Positions 33,160-44,337 of a DNA stretch of 64,000 bases are shown here, in pieces. A program made the translations under genes and the position numbers. The stretch comes from Callorhinchus milii. Taxonomy: Eukaryota. Positions within the stretch are counted from its first letter, which is position 1; every line of letters begins with the position of its first letter. Below the pieces are notes generated by a model. The model saw only the letters and a program-made list of their open reading frames with translations, was not told where the DNA came from and ran no database searches. Location: the NCBI RefSeq assembly GCF_018977255.1, contig NW_024704746.1:21762001-21826000 (forward strand), written 5' to 3'.

Positions 33160-33675
33160 GTGGGAGGGGGGGAAGGGAGAGAGAGAGGGGGGGAGGGGGG
33201 GGGGGANNNNNNNNNNNNNNNNNNNNNNNNNNNNNNNNNNNNNNNNNNNNNNNNNNNNNNNNNNNNNNNNNNNNNNNNNNNNNNNNNNNNNNNNNNNNNN
33301 NNNNNNNNNNNNNNNNNNNNNNNNNNNNNNNNNNNNNNNNNNNNNNNNNNNNNNNNNNNNNNNNNNNNNNAGGAGGGGAGACAGGGGGGGGAGGGGAGTG
33401 AGAGGGGGGGAGGGGAGAGAGGGGGGGGGAGGGGAGAGACGGGGAGGAGGGGAGAGAGGGGGGGAGGGAGAGAGGGGGGGAGGGGAGAGGGGGGGGAGGG
33501 GAGAGGAGAGAGGGGGGGAGGGGAGAGAGGGGGGGGGAGGGGAGAGAGGGGGGGGGAGGGGAGAGAGGGGGGGGGAGGGGAGAGAGAGGGGAGGGGGAGA
33601 GAGGGGGGAGGGGAGTGAGAGGGGGGAGGGGAGAGAGGGGGGAGGGGAGAGGGGGGAGGGGAGTGAGGGGGGGAA
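33160..33675. repeat. Polypurine tract upstream of EBNA1BP2, containing an assembly gap (33207-33370)
   Basis: (GGGGAGAGAGGGG)-like units either side of an N run. Confidence 0.9.
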
Positions 33676-33727
33676 ATGAAATGAATACGTCACCTCTCCA
33701 CTTCTCTTTGCTATTCAGCAGCGCCAC

Positions 33728-33802
33728 GTCGTCGTTGTTGCTGTCGTTGTTGTCGTTGTCGTCGTCGTTGTTGTCGTCGTTGTTGTCGTCGTCGTCGTCG
33801 TG
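33728..33802. repeat. Compound (GTC/GTT)n trinucleotide microsatellite
   Basis: Directly visible. Confidence 0.9.
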
Positions 33803-33994
33803 TTTTAAAAATATATTATTATATTAAAATAAAAAAAAACCAAAGTCCAGCCTTCGGGAAATCAACGCCTGTAGACTGCAAAGCGCAGTGACTGTGTATA
33901 TTTGTGGGCGAAACGCGGCAGCCAATTGCGCGCAGCGTTGTCCCCCACAAACAGCCGTGGGTTTGAGTGACCAAATTAGCATTATTAGTTTTGT

Positions 33995-34132
33995 CAGTTC
34001 TGACAAAAAGGTCATCGACCTGAAACACTGACTCATTTTCCGCTCTCCATAGATGCTGCCTGACCCGCTGCGTGTTCCCAGCCACTTCTGTGTCGATACC
34101 AGATTTCCAGCATCTGCAGTACTTTGCTTTTT
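33995..34132 (+). mobile_element. Penelope-like retroelement terminal relic
   Basis: agatgctgcctgacccgctg...agatttccagcatctgcagt, homologous to 25776-25950; hammerhead-like core at its 5' end. Confidence 0.65.
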
Positions 34133-35342
34133 GTTTATTATTATTATTATTATTATTATCATTTATTTTTATTAAGGGATTATTTCCCCCTCCCTCAATC
34201 CCAACCCTATAGCCCCCACATTTATACACGTAAATATAATTCCAGTCCACCACCAGGTGGGGGGAGGTTTCCTTTCTTTTCGAAACATCTGTAACAGTAA
34301 ATCAATTTGGGTAAAAGTGGTTATTGCACATTTTAGTCAGGAGGTGGCATGTAGCCTGGCTGTAAAGATGCCAAACTGGATGAAAATAAGTACTGGGCTT
34401 ACATAATGATATTGTAGTTAATATAATAATAAACCTTAACATTTGATATAGGGCTGTATCACGCCATCGAGACGCCTCAAAGTCCTTCACAGGCTATACT
34501 GTAAAGTAGATTGACACCTGTTTGTGGGACACTGCTGTGTGCAGTTCACTGCCACATCGCATCACCCACACAATACACAGTCAATCCACTTTATGCTCTG
34601 TGGAGCGCTTTGAGACGTCTCAATGACGTGATAAGGTGCAATTTCAAATGTAAGGATTATGATTATTATTATCACCATCTTCTGCATGAAGAAGTTCCTC
34701 CTGAACTACCTATTAAAATCTATCACTAACTATCGCATTTATATCCTCGTATTTATATCCTTTGGTTATGGACTGAAAAAACAAGTGGAAACAACATATC
34801 AACATCCCTTCCTATTCTTGAACACCTCTCCAGCAGGGCTTTGTAGCTGCAATTGTTAAGAGGAGAGATTATAATGGATATAGTTTAATGGATAATGCCT
34901 TTGTCACTTCCCTCCTTGATTTCTCAAATGCATTCCTCGTTACTCTTCCCAGTTCCATCATCCACAAGGTTCAGCTCATCCAAATCTCCGTTGCCTGCAT
35001 CTTCACTTGCACCAAACTCCGTGCCATCACCCCAATCCTCGCCAGGCTCCCCTGATTCCCTGTTTCCAGAAGAGATCGACGTACAAGATTCTCACCCTCA
35101 AATACAGTTCCCTTCACACCCTAGCACCTCCCTATCCTCTCTCACCTGCCTGGGCCACACTAGTTTGTTTGTTTGCCCCCTTCGCTCAGCTAACAGGCCT
35201 GCTGTGAGTTGTCTGGACCTTCTGTGCCATCATCACTGAGCCTTTAGCCTAACTAAGCCCCTAAACTCTGGAATCCCTCATTAAGACCTATCTCTTCAAC
35301 CACAGCTATGGTCACCTTCTCCCTTGATTGGTGTCCAACCAA

Positions 35343-35662
35343 TGATAATAATAATAATAATAATCCTTGCATTTGATATAGCGCTTTTCACGTCTTCTAG
35401 ATGTCCCAAAGCGCTTCACAGAATAATAATAATAATAATAATCCTTGCATTTGATATAGCGCTTTTCACGTCAGGAGGACGTCCCAAAGCGCTTCACAGA
35501 ACACACTGTAAAGTGAATTGACTGTATATTTGTGGGCGAATGCGGCAGCCAATTGCGCACAGCAATGTCCCACAAACACTCGTGGATTAAAAATGACCAA
35601 TTTATTATTGTTTTGTTTTTTTGGAGGGATTATTATTAGGCTCTGTGTGGAGTAAGGAAACT
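35343..35662 (-). mobile_element. 5'-truncated young SINE with tandemly duplicated 3' tail
   Basis: Two (AAT)n-ccttgcatttgatatagcgc blocks, at ~35343 and ~35422. Confidence 0.8.
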
Positions 35663-36139
35663 GTGCCGAGTGGCTATCCTGCATGAAGGATGCTGTATAA
35701 ATGCAAGTGTTGTTATTTTCCACATGAACAAATGACTCTTCTAAGGCAGGCTCAATTTGTATTTAACACCGTTCCTATCATTAAAGGAGAGATAAGTTAT
35801 GCATATCAAACTCCCCCAGGATGAAACACTCTTCATTTGTAACATGTGTCAAGGCTGCCACATTGCCAGTAAATTATTATTAATTTGTGTACAATCTATT
35901 TCGAATCTTAATTTTATAATATATATGCTACTCAGAGACACCGCAAAAAAAGGAGCCTTGGGCACTTTGGCTTGGCTCCCGTCTGATGAACGTCCAAAGA
36001 TGAAGCAAATAGAATATGCTGGAAAGGAATTGACATACAGCAGAAATCGCTCAGTGTTTTATTATTGAAAACATTTTTAACAATTATATTTTGAAACATT
36101 GGAGGTCTCATGATCTTAGACTAAATGGTTTAACAAGAA

Positions 36140-36945
36140 CAACAACTTGCACTTATATCGCGCCATCCACGCAGGGTAGCATCTCAGAGCGCTTAACAGT
36201 GGCAAAACCTGTCTCCGAGCCGGCGGTTGGGTGGGGGAGGGGGAGATGGTCGTAAACACGGTCAAAAAGGAAGTTTTTCAGGGGGGACTTGAAAAAGGGG
36301 AGAGAGGGGGCAAGGTGGAGGGATTGAGGGAGAGTGTTCCAGAGCTTCAAGGCGTAATGGCTGAAAGCGCGACCTCCGATGGTGGGGTGGAGGGTGCGAG
36401 GGACGAGCAGGAGGCCGGTGCCAGTCGAGTGGAGGCTTCGGGTGGTGGATTGGGGAGTGAGGAGGTCGTAGAGATCGGGAGGTGCCTTAGTGAAGGGATT
36501 TGAACACGAGTGTGAGGTTCTTGAAGTCAATGCATTCAGTGATGGGGAACCAACGGAGTCTGAGCCAGAACCGATAAGATGTGGCTACGGAGTTTGGTTC
36601 AGATCAGTATGTGGGCGGCAGAGTCTGAATGAGCTGATCTTGTGAATAGTGGAGCTGGGAAGACTGGCAAGGAGCGCGTTTGACTAATCCAGGCGGGAGG
36701 TGACAACCGCATGCACGAGGGTTTCGGCTGCATTTGGGGTAAGGTACGATCGTAGGCGGGCAATGTGGCGGAGGTAGAAGAAGGTGGTCCTGGTCAGGGA
36801 CCGGCTGTGGGCGAGGAAAGACAGCTGGGGGTCGAACCAGACGCCTAGATTGCGCACTGGTTCGGTGAGTCTGAGAGAGAGCCCAGGGAGTTGAGGGGTT
36901 TAGATCCGCAGGAGTGAAGACGTTGACAGGAGCCGAGGAGATCTT
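36140..36945 (-). mobile_element. L2-clade LINE ORF2 3' fragment
   Basis: Translation APPDLYDLL...RSLHS...LLLVPR...GGRAFSHYALKLWNTLPQSLHLAPSLPFFKSPLKNFLF is typical of an L2 ORF2 C-terminus; (GTT)n tail. Further L2 pieces at ~34860-35330, 38785-39080, 41335-41720, 46230-46420, 50030-50320, 58960-59100. Confidence 0.8.
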
Positions 36946-39900
36946 AGATTTAAGATTATTGTCTTAAAATTTAAGATGGTGCAGAATATTGGAAATTCAC
37001 TGTTAATTAAGAACTGCAGGGAAATAGCTTCCAAATTAAAACTTTGATTTTAATAGGAAAATAGGACACGGAGCAAGTATTAAGACATGGTGTTGGGGGG
37101 TTTATCTCTAGTATTTAACTATTTACTTCTTGTTCCAGTTTTGATACTATATATTCCATTACAACTTACATTCGAACATCTTCAATCACTTTACAAACAG
37201 CTAGTCTTTGTGAGAAGAAAAAATGTTCAAGAGCTGTATTGAACTATTAAAATCTGCACCAAACATCTCTTCTGTTTTGCTACTACTTTTTGAAACCCAG
37301 TTGACATCTCACAGCCTCAAGCCACTTTGCTGGCCACTTTATTCCGTTTATAATGAACACCGGAGCAATCAATGGGGATCAATTTAGCCGTTCATTTGAT
37401 ATTTATCACATGCAGCTCATGTAAATCATAGCGCTTTTAAGTAACAGTGGTGCCCCGAGGGATTGATTTGTTGGAGCCAGATAGCTGACGATTTATTTCA
37501 GGGCTGGTAACAGAAGACAAAGCCCTTCTCTTTCCAAGTAGTAGCATGGGATCTTTAACATCCGCCTTATTGTGCTGTCGGTTTAACGTCTCACTCGAAG
37601 GACGGCACCTTTGACAATGCGGCGTTCTCCCAGTATTGCACTGGAGTGACAGCTCGCCTTAGAGGAACTCTTTGGCAATCGCACTGCACCGTGGAGTGCC
37701 CAGAAGTAGCGTAGCAACAAATGTTCTACCAGCATCCAAAAATGTAATGCATTCTACCTGTGTTATGATTGGAACACAATTATATTTAACAAACCGTGTA
37801 ATGTGGTGTTATTTACTATAGCTAGAGGGAAATATTAATAGCTGTTCCAGTTGAATCAATTTTATTGCTTTCTTTAGTTTAAGGAATAACTAAATTCCCC
37901 CCTTCTCTACTCAAGGTGGTATGTAACGATAAACAGGTTGCTTTTTGTGAGTGAGGTGGCCGTGGTCGGTGAGTGTTTTGAGACTGCGCCGGTGGTCTTA
38001 TCAATGGGTCCGTGTGCATCCCAAATGGATTCATTTGTATCATGGGATCCAGACCAATTGAGGAACTGATCTGGAGCCACCCGTCCCTGGATACAATGAG
38101 CACAAGCGTCAATAATGTGTGTGCAAGTGTAAGCGCTCTGAGACGCTACCCTGTGCTAAATACGTGCAAGTTGTTGACGTTGTTGTTACAGCAATTCCTT
38201 CCTAGAATCTTCGATAAATACTTCAGCACTTTCTTTGCGATATTGTTTATGTGACAGCCGTGTTTTTATGTTATGTCCCACACAAAGTATTCCTGGCCCT
38301 TTGCATATACTGGGTAGAACTTACAAGGTATAGTATCACAATGAATCTGTGATCAGTAAATTGATTTCTTTTTAAACTTTACCTTCACTCCTAATACAAC
38401 ATACGACTGATTACAATTCCTCCCCAAGGCGTAGCTGGTGCTTATCTTCGAGTCTTAAAGTCACGTGTTTATTTGTTGCATAGGATAATTGAAATAAAGA
38501 TCTGGGAATAGAAAATAAATTAATATGGGACACACATAACAAAAAACTGATACAGACACATTGAAAATGCCTTTGTGCCAAACAATATGCGGAATTTATA
38601 TCCTCCGGGATATGAATCAGTTGTGTTCTTACAGTCCAGGCAATAATTAGACCGTTCACAATTATCTGCCTCATCTAAATGATATCAGAATCAGTCAGGG
38701 GCATGAAACAATTTAGGCGCATGTTTGCATTTAATTTGAAGGCAATGGTTGGATATAATGCTTCAGAAGATAACTTTTCTTTTTGACAACAACAACAACT
38801 TGCACTTATACAGCACCCTCCAACCAGGGTAGCGTCTCAGAGCGCTCAACAGTGGTGGAACCTGACTCCAAGCCGGGGGGAAAGGGAAGGTGGCCGTAAG
38901 CACGGTCGAACAGGAAAGTCTTTGGGGGGACTTGAAAGAGGAGAGAGAGAGAGAGGGCAAGGCGGAGGGATTGAGCCAGTCGAGGGGAGGCGCCAGGTGG
39001 TGGATTGGGGAGTGAGGAGGTCGGAGAGGTAGGGAGGTGCCAGGGAGTGAATGGATTTGAACACGAATCGTGTCGTTGTTTTCTCGTGAGATGTGAGAGG
39101 ACTTAATACAACGCCCCATCTGTTTGTGTACCTGCCTGAGTATAACTCTGATGGATGACAGCCATAATAGCCCAGCTGCACGGTAGAAATCTGGCAAAGT
39201 GCTTGATTGTCACAAAAGTGAAGGTGAAATGAAATACGGGGGTCACGTAGAGAAAGCAATTAAACTCAGGGCAATTTGGCAACCTGCAACTTTCTTGGTG
39301 AGATGTGGGCACAATTCTGTTTCTCTCACAACAGCCTACTTCCCCCCACCCCCCAAAAAAAAATCAAGGTTGGTCCAGGACATGTTATATAAATAACAGC
39401 TTGCTGTCTTGCAATCGAACTCATCTATTCCAGTCACCTCTTTGCAGAGGTTTGGAACCTATCACGTAGAGTTCAATATAGACAGTCAAATTAATACTTT
39501 TGTAGGGCATGAGGCACTACAGCTGGGATTCTGATTGAAAATGGATATTGTCCTGACTTCGCCTCACTGTCGGAGGGATTAAACAGGGGAAAAAAACAGT
39601 CCACTGCTCCTTGTCCGTGAGCTGAAAATAAATAGTGTGTGAACACTGGGTTGAGGGCAAGGTTGGTTTGGGTGTTTAGCCCTGGCTGTTCTCCTATTGC
39701 CCCCTCCTCACTTCAATTGTTGACACTCTCTTAAAGAAATAGGCAGGTGAAAGATGGCTCCTTTTTCTGCTTGCTGTATATACACAATAATAATCATGCT
39801 AATAATAATAATCCTCGCATTCGATGTAGCGCCTTATCACGTCTTTGAGACGTCTCAAAGCGCTTCACAGGATATACTGCAAAGTATCTACTGTAGAGAA

Positions 39901-42900
39901 TACAATACAGGTAAAGCATATACATAGAATATACAGGCCATTGTTTCATGTCACTATATCTGCACTGGATCCTTGAATCAATTTATAACAGGCTATTTGC
40001 AGACTGGTCAACAATGTTGATCGGTCCATGTATCACCAATTGGAATTTGCATAGGAAGCAACTGTGAGAATATTCGTACCAACTTTGTGCCTTTTGCTTC
40101 CCCTTTACAAAAGTCTTTTGGCTGCTCTCGTAGAAATCTGAACAACAAAGGACCTTTAAAGCATTGCTTTCAAATTTAGTGCTAATAGCGTAGCAGACTG
40201 CCTGGAACTGAGGATGGGGGGGTGGGGGTCAGACTGAAGGACGAGATCACAGTTTTAGTCCCTCATTCGAGCTGCTGCAATCAATTCCTTGGTGATTTTC
40301 TATGTCCTTTGCAACCATCAAGAAAATGGCTGCAGGAAATCTCCAGTAACAATGTGATCTTTTTCCTGTAGCTGAAAAGTTCTGTAATGTGACCAATATT
40401 TGCCTTTGTCCACAATAACAACAACAAATTACATTTGTATAGCGCCTTTCACGTCGGGAGGATGTCCCAAGGCGCTGGACAGTCAGGGATTTGGACCTTC
40501 TTGGCAACCCCATTCCGGTCATTAATTACCCTCTGGGTGAAGAACAACATACTGGTGTCTGTTCTGAAATATCTGCGAATGAATTAAATTATTGCATTAA
40601 AAAGAAAGCAACCAATCCGCGCTGTAAAACAAAACTGTACTGGGCAGGTGACTGGAACAATGAATGGGTTCATAGTAATGACTCGAGTTTTAGAAATGAA
40701 CCTTCCCATCCAGTAATCATTTATCATCCCTGGTCCCCATGATTGTCAACAGAAAGGAAGAAGTCATCGTGACTGTTCTCTCTGTTATTCGGCTACTTGC
40801 CACCTTTTAATAATAACACTTATGTCTGCAATGAATAACAATGAGTCGTGAAGAGACCTTGGCTGTGTAATAAACTGGCATCCATTTCAGGCTGGTATGA
40901 TTAACATAAGGTATGAGTATGGGAATCTGGGACAGGTCTTGTGTCTAGGGAAATATAATGAAGGACCAGAAATGTGGTACCGACGTTAATGTTCTTTGGC
41001 CTGTTTTGAAACTCTCTAAGACTGTAGAGAAGATAGTTTAAGCCTCGTCTGGGCTGAACACGTTAGAAAATAGGGGAAAAAAAGTCGACTTTGTACCTCA
41101 GAGTGTGGCTCAATTAGGATGGGTTTGGACGGTTGAGAGATTACTTGAACCAATCGTTCCTATTGCTCTGATCGTTATTTTGCATGAGAGAGAAGCTGGT
41201 TGAATCCTACAAAGTAAATGAAATGTGATTATGTTTGTTAACCATTGAGCCAAATCAAGTGATATTCATTGAAACTAAATTCCCAGCCGCTCGTGCAGTG
41301 GTTCAGTTGGTACGCAGGCTTGCCAGACTAGAAAAACAACAACAAATTATATTTGTGCAGTGCCTTTCCCGTTGGGAGGACATCCCAATGCGCTGGATGA
41401 TGAAGCGCTTGGGGGGGAGTTAGGATCAGGAGGGTAGGAGGGTGACCGAAGGTAGGGTTGAAGAAGAGGGTCGAAGAAGATGAGCCTTGAAGGAGGCAAG
41501 GGAAGTGAGCGAGGCAAAGGGACTATGGGATGGTTCCAAAGGGTGGGGACAGGAAGGATGAAGGCCTGACCACCTATGATGGGACAGGCAGGTGGGGAAC
41601 ATGGAGCAGGCCAGAGCCCGCTGAGCGGAAGGAGTGGACAGGTCAGTATGGAGTTAACAGATCACAGAGGTAGAGAGGAGTAAGGTCGTGGAGGGCATTG
41701 AAAGCAAGGACGAGGATTCTGGCCAACAATCCCCCGGATACAATCGATCATTCACTTCCTCATTGTTTGTGGGACATTGTTAGGTTCAAATTAGCTTCCG
41801 CATTCGCCTACAAATAACACAGTCACTACACTTTACAGGAGAGTGCTTTGAGATCTCCTCCTGGCATGAAAGGTGTTACATCAAATGCAAGGATTATTAT
41901 TATTTTATTATTGTTATGTAACATTCAATCCATTGTGCCTTGTGTCTGCAGAAGCCAAAGCCGATCATACGGCAACAAAATCCGTCTCCTCTTCTGTAAA
42001 AATAATGTATTTTATGTAAAATAGATATCATAAGACTCTATAAATCGTCAACCTGCTGCGATTGGTGTGGGCTGTAACTGCAAAAACTATTGTGCTAAAC
42101 AATCTTCACAAAGGCCCCGTCTTAAAAATGCAAATTGGTTTTTTGTGACCTTCTCTGACAGGTGAAAAGCTGGAGTTGTTCAAAATGACCTCTGCCGAGC
42201 ACAAACTTGCCAGGAAATTTCAATCGCTCGTTGCTGTTCTCAAGCTGTATCCATCAGAGCAATGCATTCTCTAAAGCGTTAAAGCCGATCTTAGATTGAC
42301 ATATGTTGCCACTCTAACAGCCTTCCCAGCTTCATCTCTCAATCTCTTCACCGGCAGATGTTCGAAGAAGAAGAAGAACAACAACCGCAACTTGCATTTA
42401 TATAGCGTCTATAGGGTAGCGTCTCAGAGCGCTTTGGTACCAAATGTTGGTAACATAGTGTACTGTTAAAGAAGCTCCCATTTAATTCACCTGTGTGCTG
42501 TGCAAGGGGCGTCCAAATAGCTAATCCCTCTACAACATTTCATTGTATAGACTGTACTACGCTACAATACAATATTACATTTGTATAGCGCCTTTCACAT
42601 CGGGAGGACGTTTGGCCCAATGTTTCGCCTGGGAATCGAACCCAGGTCCTCTCCCTTGCGAGGCGGGTGCTCTAACCACTAAGCTACGGGATTCCGCAAT
42701 ACAATTGCTGTGGCCTTGTCAAAGCACTTTCTTAACTCACCTTAAATGTTGAACGTGCCTGAGGTTTCTTCATCTCCTTTCTCTGCGGGTTTTCTTCTAC
42801 CTCTTTCCCTCTTGCCAAGATAAAGTGTTCCACCACCACCTGCGTGTCGGTGTTTATACTCCAGAAGACTCCCTCTCCCCCCCACCCCCATCCCTCCTAT

Positions 42901-44019
42901 TCACCTATCGTATATCACTCTATTCCCTTCTCCCTCATTCGGGCCATCTCACAATCCGTGTGTGCGTTCTGGCCTGTAAAACATTGGTTACCAGCAAACA
43001 CATCGCGAGCATCTTTTCAAAAAAAAAGTCAGGGTCAGCCCCCACCAGATAGAGACCCCCCCAATCTCACCTGGGATTGCAACTCACTGTCTCTCTGCTG
43101 GACAAAGTTTTGAACGGCCCTTAGTTGAAGCGAGTGTCTGGTAAAGTCCACTAGTGTGAGGGTGATATCCACTAATAATAAACCTTGCATTCGATACAGC
43201 GCCTTATCACGTCTTCAAGACGTCTCAAAGCCCTTCACAGGATAGACTGTAAAGTGAATTGACTGTATATTTTGTGGGCGAAACGCAGCATCACGCATTT
43301 CCTGGCTTGACCTTTGTACGAGGCATTAATAGTCCTTGTATTAGTGTTGCCAAGGCTTATGGCAGTGGAGCTGATCAGAGCTTGTGTATTACAATGTTTG
43401 AATTCTACACTCATAACTCTGTCGTTGATATTCAGTCAGATTGTTGTATAACATGGGACATCAAGCAACCAGATGGTTATCGTCATATTTCACGGGGGAT
43501 AAAAACTTAAGCTAGAGTGTGTTACATATTCCAGAGAGTACATTTTGTGCTCCTGCCTCCACTTTTCCCTGCAGCTTTTAGTTAATTCGTTAATGCTCTT
43601 TCCAATAGATTTCAGTACATTAGCCAATTTACCTTTCAGCTCCTCCATTTGCTCTTGCTCATCCAGTTCATTGGATAAATTCTTCATTTTACGTAGGAAT
43701 GGCAGAATGACAGCTGTGTGTATGTGTGTAGGAGGGTGGGTGGGTGTAAATATAAGTAGCTAGGAATAGATCTAAAAGGGTGTTTAGGAGGAACCTCTTT
43801 GGGAAGTGAGGATGTGACTGTGGTTAAAGATGTTAAAGATTCTGTGGCGTTTTTCGAAAAGAGAAAGGGAATTTCTCCCAATAATCCCTCAACTAAAATT
43901 GTTCATTCACTTCATGGCCGTTTGTGGGACATTACTGTAGGCAAATTGATTGATGTGTTTGCCTACACATACACCATCATTGCATTTTACAACAAATCCT
44001 TTAAGACGTGAAAGGCACT

Positions 44020-44337
44020 ATATCAAATGTCTCAAAGCACTTCACAGAATTACTGTAAAGGGAATAGATGGTATATTTTGTGGGCGAAATGTGGCAGCCG
44101 ATTGCACACAGCAGCATCCCCATAAACAGTCGTGGATTGAGTCATCAAATTTTTTTTTGATGGATTATTGCTCCCAGAAAGTGATCTGCCGCTTGACTAA
44201 CAACCAGGTTCCTACTAGGTAAACAGAGGCGTGTAGAGTAAGGAAACATGCCAAAGTTTTCGCTCTGCCTGGGAATCGAACCTGGGTCCTCTTGCCTGCG
44301 AGGTGAGTGCTCTAACTAATATGCTACAGGACTCCAC
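44020..44337 (-). mobile_element. Older full-length tRNA-SINE with central domain
   Basis: tRNA head at 44270-44337, central cctctgtttacc...taggaacc segment, shared 3' body. Confidence 0.8.

Noticed and set aside
32203-33727. Long Gly/Glu/Arg- or Pro/Ser/Leu-rich ORFs
   Set aside because: Polypurine tracts and an N gap; only 32849-32896 is supported as coding.
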